Source: Caldisericota bacterium (GTDB taxonomy: Bacteria > Bipolaricaulota > Bipolaricaulia > Bipolaricaulales > Bipolaricaulaceae). Taken from it: a DNA stretch of 39,865 nt. Shown piece after piece: positions 1 to 8,839 of the stretch (position 1 is its first letter; each line of letters starts with the position of its first letter). A program made the position numbers and the translations under genes. The notes beneath the pieces were generated by a model. It saw only the letters and a program-made list of their open reading frames with translations. It did no database searches and was not told where the DNA came from. The stretch covers positions 1 through 39,865 of the forward strand of contig JAADIW010000065.1 of NCBI GenBank assembly GCA_013151115.1, read 5' to 3'.

Positions 1-118
1 CCAATACCCTGATGGACAAAGCCCCGGATTATAACCGGACCCGCCGAGTACGCCCCGTTTCGACGCCCGCGGGGAGGACAGCCCCGGCGTTGCCCCTCTT
101 CCCCGCGCGGACCCCCGT

Positions 119-1300
119 TCACGACAGCGCCTCGTCAAGGGCGCGTTCCAAGTCCGCGATGAGGTCGTCCGGGTCCTCCACCCCCACCGAGAGGCGCACC
201 AGGGAGTCGGAGATCCCGAGCGCCCGGCGCTCCTCCGGGGCGAAGGCGCAGAAAGAGGTGAAGGCGGACTGTTCCACCAGCGATTCCACCCCGCCGAAGC
301 TGGAGGCGAGGTAGGGGATGTGGAGGGCGTCGATGAACCTCCCCGTTTCCTCCGCGGTGGCCGCGAGCTCGAAGCTCACCACCCCGCCGAACCCCGTGAG
401 GTACCGCTTCGCCACCTCGTGATGGGGGTGGCAGGCGAGACCGGGGTACCAGACCCGCCTGACCTTGGGATGCGCTTCCAGGAAGCGGGCCACCGCCATG
501 GCGGTCTCGTTCTGCCGCCCGACCCGTAGCGCCAACGTCTTCATGCCGCGCAGGAGGAGGTAGGCCCCGTGGGGGTCGGGGATCCCGCCCAGGTACGCCT
601 GGGTCTCCTTGACGGCCCCGACCCGTTCCTCGTCCCCCACCACCGCCCCCGCCAGGAGGTCGTTGTGCCCGCCGAGGTACTTGGTGGCCGAGTGGACCAC
701 GAGGTCCACCCCGAACTTCAGCGGGCGCAGGTTGATCGGCGTGGCCATGGTGGAGTCCACGATCACCACGGCCCCACATGCCCGGCCGGCGGCCACGAGC
801 TCCTCCAAGTCGGGGACGTGCAGGTGCGGATTCGTGGGGACCTCGGCGAAGATCACCCGGGTGTTCCCCTTGACGTGCCGCTCCACCTCCCCCGGGGACC
901 AGCGTGGGATGAACCCCGTCTCCACCCCCAACCGCGGGAGGAAGCGGGAGGCGAACGTCCGGGTCTGCCAGTAACACTGGTCCACGAACAGGGCGTGATC
1001 GCCCCGGGAGAGGAAGGTCAACAGGCAGGTGGTGACGGCGGCCATGCCGCTCGCGAAGAGCAACGCCGCCTCGCCGCCCTCCAGGGCAGCGAGCTTCGCC
1101 TCGGCGGCCCGCTGCGTCGGGTTCCCGTAGCGACCGTAGGTAATCCGGGCGATCTCCCCCGCGTTGTAGGCCAGCCGCTCTCCCATGCTCCGGAACGGGT
1201 AGGTAGCGGTTTGGAAGATCGGGGTCGTCAGGGAGTGCTCGGGCTTCCGCCGCTCCTCCCCCCCGTGCACCGCCAACGTGGATGGACCGTTAAGGGACAT
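119..1300 (-). CDS. Cys/Met-metabolism PLP-dependent enzyme (cystathionine gamma-synthase / beta-lyase / methionine gamma-lyase family)
   Basis: ORF 119..1324. Family-typical SATKYLGGH PLP-lysine motif and overall layout. Start moved to ATG 1300, which lies 5 nt after GGAAGGAGG; the ORF-track start at 1324 is a GTG sitting inside that RBS. Confidence 0.9.
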   Translation of the reverse strand: MSLNGPSTLAVHGGEERRKPEHSLTTPIFQTATYPFRSMGERLAYNAGEIARITYGRYGNPTQRAAEAKLAALEGGEAALLFASGMAAVTTCLLTFLSRGDHALFVDQCYWQTRTFASRFLPRLGVETGFIPRWSPGEVERHVKGNTRVIFAEVPTNPHLHVPDLEELVAAGRACGAVVIVDSTMATPINLRPLKFGVDLVVHSATKYLGGHNDLLAGAVVGDEERVGAVKETQAYLGGIPDPHGAYLLLRGMKTLALRVGRQNETAMAVARFLEAHPKVRRVWYPGLACHPHHEVAKRYLTGFGGVVSFELAATAEETGRFIDALHIPYLASSFGGVESLVEQSAFTSFCAFAPEERRALGISDSLVRLSVGVEDPDDLIADLERALDEALS

Positions 1301-1472
1301 ACCGACCTCCTTCCCGTGGGACACCTCCGGGGTCCGAAGGGAGACGGGATCGCCCCGGGGATCGCGGAAGCAAAGGGGACAGTGGGACCGGGACCGCCGG
1401 CCCTGGGGTCAGGCTCCGCGGCGGGCACGCATTAAATATCGGCGAAGTACCTCAGGTCCCATGTGAAGGTGC

Positions 1473-1501
1473 AGTATATGTCCCCCGCCCCCGCACGTCA
1501 A
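1473..1501 (-). promoter_or_regulatory. sigma70-like promoter (TTGACG-N17-TATACT) for the Cys/Met enzyme gene
   Basis: Read on the minus strand: TTGACG (1501..1496), exactly 17 nt spacer, TATACT (1478..1473). This implies a leader of roughly 160 nt. Confidence 0.5.
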
Positions 1502-1605
1502 CCGCGGCGGGCGCCACGGTCAGCATGGGCCGGCTGAAAGGGGATCGAAAATGGTTTATCCTTTGCCCCCTCCATCGGAGAGATCAAGGGACAGGAGGTG
1601 TGGCC

Positions 1606-2661
1606 TTGACGCTGAAGGAGATCGTGGAACGGGCGCGGAAGGGCGCGGCGGTACCCATCGTGGAACGCGACGTCGAACGGGCGCTCTCGGCCCTGCTCGC
1701 CTCCGAGGACATCTGGCGCGTGATCGACCTCTCCCAAGTGCCCGTGATGGCCCTGGTGCGGGTCCTCGCCGCCCTGAAGGACACGGGTCTCCTCGCCTGG
1801 GACGGGGGCAGGCTTGTCCTCACCCAACGCGGCAGGGAATTCGCGGCTTCCCTCGGGATCGGGCCGCGCCTCGAGCTGAAGTGTCCCCACTGCGGCGGCC
1901 GTGGGACGTTCCTGGGGCCGGTTGCTGATATCGCCGATAAGTTCAAGGACATCGCCCGCAACCGCCCCGAGGCCATCCAGGATTACGACCAGGGCTACGT
2001 CACCGAGGAGACCACCCTGCACCGGGTGGCGTTCATGTGGTCCCGGGGCGACCTCAAGGGGAAGGAGCTCATCGTCCTCGGCGACGACGACCTCGTTTCC
2101 ATCGCCGCCGCCCTCACCCGGGCCCCCAAGCGGGTGGTGGTCCTGGAGATCGACCGTCGCCTGGTGGACTTCATCCGCGACGTCGCCCGCGGGGAAGGCC
2201 TCCCCATCGAGGTGGCGCAGCACGACCTGCGGGAGCCGCTTCCGCCGGATATCGCGAGGGGCTTCGACGCGTTCTTCTGCGATCCCACCGAGTCCCTGCG
2301 GGGGTTCATGGTGTTCGCCGAGCGGGGGATCGCCGCGCTCAAGGGCCCGGGGGCCGCGGGGTACCTGGGCCTCACACACTGCGAGGCCTCTTACGGCAAA
2401 TGGCGCGAGATCCAGCGGTTCCTCCTCGAGGCGGGGGCGGTGATCGCCGAGCTCAGGGACGCGTTCCACGATTACGTGAACTGGCCTTACATAGACCACA
2501 TGCGCTCCTGGCCCCACCTCCCCGTGCACCGCATCCCCGGCAGGGAGGAGATCTGGTACCGCTCGGCCCTCATCCGGATCGAGGTCGTGGACGGTCCCCA
2601 CATCGAGGAGCGCCGCTACGAGGGCGACATCTTCTCGGACGAGGAAGCCGCCACCACGTAG
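1606..2661 (+). CDS. bpsA: N4-bis(aminopropyl)spermidine synthase (branched-chain polyamine synthase, DUF43/BpsA family)
   Basis: ORF 1525..2661. CPHCGG zinc-knuckle-like motif, GDDDL and DPTES methyltransferase-fold motifs, acidic C-terminal tail ending EEAATT, as in BpsA proteins. AGGAGG at 1593..1598 favours the TTG at 1606 (or GTG at 1600) over ATG 1525, which has no RBS. Confidence 0.85.
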   Translation: MTLKEIVERARKGAAVPIVERDVERALSALLASEDIWRVIDLSQVPVMALVRVLAALKDTGLLAWDGGRLVLTQRGREFAASLGIGPRLELKCPHCGGRGTFLGPVADIADKFKDIARNRPEAIQDYDQGYVTEETTLHRVAFMWSRGDLKGKELIVLGDDDLVSIAAALTRAPKRVVVLEIDRRLVDFIRDVARGEGLPIEVAQHDLREPLPPDIARGFDAFFCDPTESLRGFMVFAERGIAALKGPGAAGYLGLTHCEASYGKWREIQRFLLEAGAVIAELRDAFHDYVNWPYIDHMRSWPHLPVHRIPGREEIWYRSALIRIEVVDGPHIEERRYEGDIFSDEEAATT

Positions 2662-2694
2662 GCGGCGACGCGTGACGGGCGAGGAGCAGGGGAA

Positions 2695-3156
2695 ATGTGG
2701 GACCACACGAAGGTGACGAGGGCCGCGCTGGTGAGCGGAGCGGCGGAGGGGGGAACCGAGCTCAACGCCTTCGACAACGCCCTCCTCGCCGCGGGGATCG
2801 GCGACGTGAACCTGGTCAAGGTCTCGAGCATCCTCCCCCCACACGTGGCGTTCGCGGACGCCGCGCCCGAGCTCCCGCGGGGCGCGTTCGTGCCCGTCGT
2901 CTACGCGGAGAGGTCGTCCACCACCCCGGGCGAGACCATCGCCGTGGCGGTGGGGGCGGGGCGGGCCCCGGACGGCTTCGGGGTGGTGATGGAGGCGAGC
3001 GGCCGCACCGCGGCGGAGGCGGAGGCCGAGGTCCGGGCGAAGATCGAGGAGGCGTTCCGCGTGCGGTCCCTCGAGCTCACGGATGTGCGGATCACGGCCG
3101 CGGAACACCGCGTGGAACGATGCGGTTGTGTGGTCGCCGCCTGCGTTTTCTTCTAA
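2695..3156 (+). CDS. pdaD: pyruvoyl-dependent arginine decarboxylase
   Basis: 153 aa. LVKVSSILPP self-cleavage (Ser-Ser) motif and the size typical of PvlArgDC. GAGGAG RBS upstream. Confidence 0.9.
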   Translation: MWDHTKVTRAALVSGAAEGGTELNAFDNALLAAGIGDVNLVKVSSILPPHVAFADAAPELPRGAFVPVVYAERSSTTPGETIAVAVGAGRAPDGFGVVMEASGRTAAEAEAEVRAKIEEAFRVRSLELTDVRITAAEHRVERCGCVVAACVFF

Positions 3157-3274
3157 AATAATTTTCGTGAACAGGCCACTATACCCGGGAGGTGGCGCGG
3201 CCCTCTGGGAACCCCCTACAGATTCCCAGCGGGCCGTTTGTGTGCGCCCAAAACACCCGGGGGAGGAGGTGAGA

Positions 3275-3625
3275 ATGAAGGCACTCGGGAGGCACTTGGT
3301 GGTCGAAATGTGGGGGTGCAAAGCCAACCTGAACGAGCCGGAGAGGATCCGGGAGGCCCTTGCGGAGGCCGTGGAGCGGGCCCAGGCCACCAACCTGGGC
3401 GTCCACGTGCACTCCTTCAACCCCCACGGGGTCTCCGGGGTCGCCGTGATCGCCGAATCGCACATCTCCATCCATACCTGGCCGGAGCTCGGGTACGTGG
3501 CGCTCGACGTCTTCACCTGCGGGGACCGGGCGATCCCCGAGGCGGCCCTAGAGGTACTGAAGGACCTCTTCCGGCCCCAGCACATGGAGGTGCTGGAGAT
3601 CAAGCGGGGCTTGCGTCCCGAGTGA
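3275..3625 (+). CDS. speH: S-adenosylmethionine decarboxylase proenzyme (class 1, small form)
   Basis: AESHISIHTWPE motif with the Glu-Ser processing site. ATG 3275 is preceded by GGGAGGAGGTGAGA. The ORF-track start at 3083 lies inside pdaD and is a spurious extension. Confidence 0.92.
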   Translation: MKALGRHLVVEMWGCKANLNEPERIREALAEAVERAQATNLGVHVHSFNPHGVSGVAVIAESHISIHTWPELGYVALDVFTCGDRAIPEAALEVLKDLFRPQHMEVLEIKRGLRPE

Positions 3626-3628
3626 GTT

Positions 3629-4513
3629 ATGAGTAGCGGGGGAAGACGCGATGACTGGCTGAGCGAGCGGCAAACGGAAGGGGTCGAGCTCTCCTTCCGG
3701 GTAAGACGCTGGCTGGTCAGGAAAACCACCGCCTACCAGCGCCTGGAGCTCGCCGAGACCGAGGATCTCGGCCGGGTCTTGGCGCTGGACGGGAAAATTA
3801 TGCTTTCGGAGCGGGATGAAGCCTTCTACCACGAGATGCTCGTGCACCCCGCGCTGCTCGCTCACCCGGAGCCCCGGAAGGTCCTCATCGTGGGCGGTGG
3901 GGATGGGGGGACCATGCGCGAGGTCCTGCGCCACCCCACGGTGGAGGAGGTATGCCTCGTTGAGATCGACGGCGAGGTGATCGCGGCCGCCAAGGAGCAC
4001 CTCCCGAGCGTCCATCGGGGTTCGTTCTCCGACCCCCGGGCCCGGGTGGAGATCGCCCCCGGGGAGGAGTTCATCGCGGAACACCCGGGCGAGTTCGACG
4101 CGGTGATCGTCGATTCCACCGATCCGGTCGGCCCCGGGGCGGCGCTGTTCACCGAGGGGTTCTTCCGCGGTGCCCGGGAGGCCCTCGCCCCGGGGGGCGT
4201 CTTCGCCATGCAAGCGGGGACCCCCTTTTACTGGGGGGAGGAGCTCGCCGGGATCCTCATGAAGGTGAGGAGATTCTTTCCGTGTGTGCGGCTCTATCTC
4301 GGTCACGTCCCCGTCTACCCCTCGGGGATGTGGGCGTACGTGATCGCCAGCGAACGTGATCTCACGGCGGAAGGAGAGAACTTCGACGGCCGTTTCCGCG
4401 AGCGGGGGCTGGAGACGGTCTACTTCACCCCGGCCCTCGGCCGGGCGGCGTTCGTGCTCCCCAGGTTCGTGGAGGAGATCGTCGACCGGGCCCTCAGGGC
4501 CCAGCCCGCATGA
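3629..4513 (+). CDS. speE: polyamine aminopropyltransferase (spermidine synthase family)
   Basis: 294 aa. VLIVGGGDGG SAM-fold motif, DSTDP motif, spermidine-synthase N-terminal tetramerisation region. Starts 3 nt after the speH stop. Confidence 0.92.
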   Translation: MSSGGRRDDWLSERQTEGVELSFRVRRWLVRKTTAYQRLELAETEDLGRVLALDGKIMLSERDEAFYHEMLVHPALLAHPEPRKVLIVGGGDGGTMREVLRHPTVEEVCLVEIDGEVIAAAKEHLPSVHRGSFSDPRARVEIAPGEEFIAEHPGEFDAVIVDSTDPVGPGAALFTEGFFRGAREALAPGGVFAMQAGTPFYWGEELAGILMKVRRFFPCVRLYLGHVPVYPSGMWAYVIASERDLTAEGENFDGRFRERGLETVYFTPALGRAAFVLPRFVEEIVDRALRAQPA

Positions 4514-5325
4514 AACCCCGCCCCCTCCGCTTCCTCTCCGCCGATTACCCCCTCGAGGACAGCCGCGTCGTGATCCTGGGGGTGCCGCTGGAGCGCACCG
4601 TCACCTTCCGCGGGGGCCCGGCCCAGGCCCCGAGCGCCATCCGCTACGCCTCCTGGTCGCTGGAGTCCTTCTCCGCCATCTCCCGGAGGGATCTCTCCGG
4701 GGTCGGCCTCTGCGACCTCGGGGACCTCGATACCGAGCGGTCGCTGGGGGAGATCCTGGGGACGCTGGAGGAGGAGATTTCCGGCCTCGTGCGCGCGGGA
4801 AAGCGCCCGGTGGTGTTGGGGGGTGAACACACCGTCACCCTGGGGTGCGTCCGTGGGGCCAAGGCCGCGTTGGGCAAACTCCAGCTCCTCGTCCTCGACG
4901 CCCACTCCGACCTCCGGGACGAGTACCTGGGCGAACGGATCTCCCACGCCACCGTGGCCCGCCGCGCGGGCGAGGCCGTGGATGGGCTCCTCATCGTGGG
5001 GGCCCGGTCCTTCGTCGGCCCGGAGCTCTCCGAGCCCTTCTTCATCCCGCTGGACGAGCTCCCCCGCGCGCTCGATAAGGGCCTCCCGGTGTGGCTCTCC
5101 CTGGATCTCGACGTCCTAGACCCCTCCCTCTGCCCCGGGGTGACCAACCCCGAGCCCGGCGGCCTTTCCTATCACGAGGTCATCGGGGCCTTCCGGGCCC
5201 TGCGGGATTTCGAGGTGGTGGGGCTGGACCTCGTGGAGCTCGCCCCCCCGTTCGATCCCTCCGGGGTCTCGGCCATCACCGCCGCCAAGCTCCTCATCGA
5301 GGCGATCCTCGCCCTCTGGGGATGA
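4510..5325 (+). CDS. speB: agmatinase / N1-aminopropylagmatine ureohydrolase (arginase family)
   Basis: GGEHTVT, DAHSDLRD and SLDLDVLDP Mn-binding motifs of the ureohydrolase fold. ATGA start/stop overlap with speE. Confidence 0.9.
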   Translation: MKPRPLRFLSADYPLEDSRVVILGVPLERTVTFRGGPAQAPSAIRYASWSLESFSAISRRDLSGVGLCDLGDLDTERSLGEILGTLEEEISGLVRAGKRPVVLGGEHTVTLGCVRGAKAALGKLQLLVLDAHSDLRDEYLGERISHATVARRAGEAVDGLLIVGARSFVGPELSEPFFIPLDELPRALDKGLPVWLSLDLDVLDPSLCPGVTNPEPGGLSYHEVIGAFRALRDFEVVGLDLVELAPPFDPSGVSAITAAKLLIEAILALWG

Positions 5326-6491
5326 GGCTGAAGGCACGCCCGGAGGATTTCCGGGTGGAAGAACTCATCGAGCTCCCCAAGGGCCCGGGCCAGTATACCT
5401 ACCTCCGCGTGGAGAAGCGGGGCATCCCCACCATGGCCGCCCAGGTCCTCCTGGCGCGGGCCCTCGGGGTCTCCCCCCGGGAGGTGTTCTTCCCCGCCCT
5501 CAAGGACGCCCACGCGGTGGCGATCCAATACGCCAGCGTGGTGGGGAGGAGGGTGGAATCGGTGGAGCTCCCCGGCATCCGGGCGGAGGCGGCGGGCGAG
5601 GGGCCACGGCGGCTCTCCACGGGCGACCTGCGTGGGAACCGCTTCCGGCTCGTGGTCCGCGACCTCGGCGACGAGGCCGAAGGGCTCGCGGAGGAGCTCC
5701 TCCGGCTGGGAGCGGAGGGGTTCCCCAACTACTTCGACGAGCAGCGGTTCGGCTCCCTGGGGAAGGCGGGCTCCCCGGGGAAGGCGGTGTTGGCCCGGGA
5801 CGCCGAGGCCGCGGTGCGGTTCTATCTGGCCGAGGAGTTATTCGGCGATCCGGAGGAGGTGCGGCGCTTCAAGGCACTGGCCCGGGAACATTGGGGCGAG
5901 TGGGGGTTCCTCTTGGAGCGGGCGCCCAAACCCTCCAACTTCCGCAGCGTCCTCACATTCCTGAGGGACCATCCCGGGGCTTACCGGAAGGCGTTGAACC
6001 TCATCCCCCCGCGCCTCCTCTCCCTCTTCCTCTCCGCGTACCAGTCGCTCCTGTGGAACCGGATCCTCGGTCGCTGGATCTCCCGGAAATTCGCGGATGC
6101 GACGGTCGTGGAGATCGCCGGGGAGGGGCTCCCCGTGCCCGTCTCCGTGCCGCGTGAGATCACGCCCCGCTTGAGGCGCGAACGGCTGGCGCTTCCCCAC
6201 GTCCGGGCGCGGTACCGGGGCGAGTGGGACGGGATCGCCCGGGAGGTCCTGGCCGAGGAGGGGATAACCTTCCGGGACCTGAAGGCGCGGATCGTGGAAC
6301 GGGCGTATCTCTCGAAGGCGGAGCGGCCGATCTGGTGTTTCCCGAGGGGGATCGAGGTGGGGGAACCCCGTGGTGACGAGCTCTTCCCCGGCAAGAGGGC
6401 CCTGGAGGTCTCGTTCTCCCTCCCCCCCGGTTCCTACGCCACCCTGCTCGTCCGCTGCGCCCACGTCCGCGCCCTGCGCCCCCGCGGCTAG
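5322..6491 (+). CDS. truD: tRNA pseudouridine synthase D
   Basis: MRLKARPEDFRVEE N-terminus, LKDAHAV (catalytic Asp) and NYFDEQRFG motifs. ATG 5322 overlaps the speB stop (ATGA). The ORF-track start at 5091 is a spurious extension. Confidence 0.9.
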   Translation: MRLKARPEDFRVEELIELPKGPGQYTYLRVEKRGIPTMAAQVLLARALGVSPREVFFPALKDAHAVAIQYASVVGRRVESVELPGIRAEAAGEGPRRLSTGDLRGNRFRLVVRDLGDEAEGLAEELLRLGAEGFPNYFDEQRFGSLGKAGSPGKAVLARDAEAAVRFYLAEELFGDPEEVRRFKALAREHWGEWGFLLERAPKPSNFRSVLTFLRDHPGAYRKALNLIPPRLLSLFLSAYQSLLWNRILGRWISRKFADATVVEIAGEGLPVPVSVPREITPRLRRERLALPHVRARYRGEWDGIAREVLAEEGITFRDLKARIVERAYLSKAERPIWCFPRGIEVGEPRGDELFPGKRALEVSFSLPPGSYATLLVRCAHVRALRPRG

Positions 6492-6946
6492 CCCCCGGGC
6501 GAGCGGTATACGCGCTCGACCTCCTCCAACCTCCGGATGTTACGGAGGTCGAACTCGTCCGTCCCGTAAGGGGTCGAAAACCAGGCGTCGAGGATCTCCC
6601 GGGCCACTGGGATCGAGGTGAGGCGGAGGCTCATCACCAGGACGTTGGCGTGGTTCCACCGCCTGGCCCCCCGGGCGGTCTCGGCGTCCACACACAGGGC
6701 GGCCCGGATCCCGGGGACCTTGTTGGCGACGATGCAAACCCCCGTGCCGGTCCAACAGAAGAGGATCCCCTCGTCACAGCGTCCCCGGGCCACGGCCTCC
6801 GCCGCCCGTCGCCCCACCTCCGCCCACTCGAGGTCCTCCCCGGCCAACGGCCCGAAAGGCTCCACCTCGTGGCCCCGACGCCGGAGCTCGTCGATCACGA
6901 AATCGGTGAGATCCGTGCGCTCGTCGCTCCCCACCGCGATCCTCAT
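6488..6946 (-). CDS. rpiB: ribose-5-phosphate isomerase B (RpiB/LacA/LacB family)
   Basis: 152 aa, MRIAVGSDE start, CWTGTGVCIVANK active-site region. ATG at 6946; the ORF-track start at 7432 is a spurious extension. Confidence 0.9.
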   Translation of the reverse strand: MRIAVGSDERTDLTDFVIDELRRRGHEVEPFGPLAGEDLEWAEVGRRAAEAVARGRCDEGILFCWTGTGVCIVANKVPGIRAALCVDAETARGARRWNHANVLVMSLRLTSIPVAREILDAWFSTPYGTDEFDLRNIRRLEEVERVYRSPGG

Positions 6947-6975
6947 CGTCGCCCCCTTTCCGAACGCCGGCCGGT

Positions 6976-7755
6976 TCACGGGGGAAGCAACCCGGGGAGC
7001 TCGGCGACGGAGGAGATCACGAGATCGGCGGCACGGCGGAGCTCGGGCGGCCCGTGGGCCATGGCCACCCCTGTGCCGGCGTAACGCACCATCTCGAGGT
7101 CGTTCAGTTGATCCCCCACCGCCACCACCCCCCGCGGAGGGATGCCCAGACGCTCGCACAGCCAGCGGAGGGCCGCCCCCTTGGATGCCCCGGGGGGCAG
7201 GACCTCCAGGTAATCCACCTCCGAGCGCACCACCGTGATCCCGGGCATCCCCCGCTCGAGCTCCGCTTGGAGAGCGGCCAGGACCCCGGGCTCGCCGAGC
7301 AGGAGGAGCTTGAGCGGCGAAAAGTCCAGGAAAGCTATGAGATCGCCCACCTCCCGGGCGGGGAGTTTTTCCTTCCTCTGGAACCTGGCCACGCGGGGCG
7401 TGATCCGCTCCACGTAAAGGGTGGGATCGCACATATCCCGGTAGACCTCCACGTCAACCGGGAAAGCCCGCGCGATCCGGAGCGCCGCCCGGGCCTCCTC
7501 CGCCGCCAGGCGCCGCTCGTGGAGGGCCCTGCCCGTGAGGAAATCGTACACCACCGCGCCGTTGTAGAGGATCACGGGGACGGTGATCCCCAGGGCCATC
7601 ACGAAGGGGGCCGCTGAGGCGCGTGACCTCCCGGTGGCGACGGTGATGGGGTACCGCCGCGAGAGCTTCCCCAGGGCGGCATGGGTGTCCGGGGATAGGC
7701 GATGGTCCCGATCGAGCAAGGTCCCATCGAGATCGAACACGAGCAGCCGCCGCAC
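6976..7755 (-). CDS. Cof-type HAD-IIB family phosphatase
   Basis: FDLDGTLL motif I, VAVGDQLNDLEM motif IV, cap typical of Cof/YbiV-like sugar or HMP-PP phosphatases. GTG 7755 is preceded by GGGAG at 7 nt. The ORF-track start at 7809 would overlap the upstream ATPase gene. Confidence 0.85.
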   Translation of the reverse strand: MRRLLVFDLDGTLLDRDHRLSPDTHAALGKLSRRYPITVATGRSRASAAPFVMALGITVPVILYNGAVVYDFLTGRALHERRLAAEEARAALRIARAFPVDVEVYRDMCDPTLYVERITPRVARFQRKEKLPAREVGDLIAFLDFSPLKLLLLGEPGVLAALQAELERGMPGITVVRSEVDYLEVLPPGASKGAALRWLCERLGIPPRGVVAVGDQLNDLEMVRYAGTGVAMAHGPPELRRAADLVISSVAELPGLLPP

Positions 7756-7759
7756 GGGA

Positions 7760-8839
7760 TCACTCCCGGAGGAGGTGGACGCTCTGGCGGTGGAACCGGA
7801 CCCCCACACGCGTGCCCTCGGATAGGAACCCCTTCTCCTGGGGGCTCAGGACCTCCACCTCCATGGTCTCGCCGCCGGGGAGGGCGAGCTTGTAAGTGGC
7901 CAGGGACCCGGTGTAGTGGGCGAAGGTCACGGTGGCCGTCACGTCCCCTTCCCCCTCGGGGAGTATGTCCACCGCCTCGGGGCGCACCACCGCCACGACC
8001 TCGTCCCCCTCGTGGAGGTCCGCCACGGCCGGCACCTCCAGGCGCACCCCGTCGAGGAGCTCGATCTCCACCCGTCCATCCCGGGGGCCGCGCACCACCG
8101 CGCGGAGGAAGTTGGCCCGGCCGATGAAGTCGGCCACGAATCGGTTGGCGGGATGGGCGTAGATCTCGTAGGGAGGGCCGATCTGCTGAAGCCTTCCCTC
8201 GCTCATCACCGCGATCCGGTCGGAGATGGCCATGGCCTCGGCCTGATCGTGGGTCACGTACAGGCTCGTGATCCCGAGTTCCTTCTGGAGCTTCCTTATC
8301 TGCTCGCGGGTCTCCACCCGGAGCTTGGCGTCGAGGTTGGAGAGGGGCTCATCGAACAGGAGGACCTTGGGCTCTATCACCAACGCCCGGCAGAGGGCGA
8401 CCCGCTGCTGTTGGCCGCCGGAGAGCTCCCGGGGATAGCGCCGCTCCAGCCCCTCGAGGTTCACCAGCTTCAGGGCCTCCCTGACCCGCCGGCGCACCTC
8501 CTCGCGGGGGAGACGGCGCACCTTCAGGCCGAAGGCCACGTTCTCGAACACGGTCATGTGGGGGAAAAGGCCGTAGGACTGGAACACCGTGGCCGTATCC
8601 CGGCGTTGCGGGGGCAGGTGGGTGACCCGTCTTCCCCCCAGATACACCTCGCCCGCGGTGGGGATCTCGAAGCCGCCCACGAGCCTGAGCGTGGTGGTCT
8701 TTCCGCAACCGGAGGGGCCGAGCAGGGTCACGAGCTCCCCCTTCTCCACCTCGAGATCCAGGCGGTCCACGGCCACCACCGATTCCCGGTGACTGTGGAA
8801 CACCTTCGTCAAGCCCTCCAACCGGACCTCAACGGGCAC
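7760..8839 (-). CDS. ABC importer ATP-binding protein with C-terminal TOBE domain (FbpC/AfuC/PotA-like)
   Basis: Walker A GPSGCGKTT, signature LSGGQQQRV, Walker B LLFDEPLS, plus about 120 aa of C-terminal regulatory/TOBE-like domain. Confidence 0.92.
   Translation of the reverse strand: MPVEVRLEGLTKVFHSHRESVVAVDRLDLEVEKGELVTLLGPSGCGKTTTLRLVGGFEIPTAGEVYLGGRRVTHLPPQRRDTATVFQSYGLFPHMTVFENVAFGLKVRRLPREEVRRRVREALKLVNLEGLERRYPRELSGGQQQRVALCRALVIEPKVLLFDEPLSNLDAKLRVETREQIRKLQKELGITSLYVTHDQAEAMAISDRIAVMSEGRLQQIGPPYEIYAHPANRFVADFIGRANFLRAVVRGPRDGRVEIELLDGVRLEVPAVADLHEGDEVVAVVRPEAVDILPEGEGDVTATVTFAHYTGSLATYKLALPGGETMEVEVLSPQEKGFLSEGTRVGVRFHRQSVHLLRE

Noticed and set aside
12-314. 100-aa plus-strand ORF at the window start, and a TATAAT-like box (minus strand, 28..33)
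   Set aside because: The ORF is mostly antisense to the 3' end of the Cys/Met enzyme gene and is Arg/Ser/Pro-rich. The -10-like box has no acceptable -35 partner and no visible target gene in the window.
1301-1500. Possible SAM-I/SAM-IV riboswitch or Met T-box in the Cys/Met gene leader
   Set aside because: I could not find the conserved SAM-I/IV cores (GCAACC, GGUGC, kink-turn GA pairs) or the T-box sequence. It is kept only as an unclassified structured leader in the findings.
5091-5321. N-terminal extensions offered by the ORF track (also 3083..3274, 6947..7432, 12720..12788, 19120..19299, 21982..22188, 28961..28999, 26500..26520)
   Set aside because: Each extension overlaps the preceding gene or a terminator, is Arg/Pro/Gly-rich, and lies upstream of a clear AGGAGG-type RBS followed by the conserved family N-terminus.
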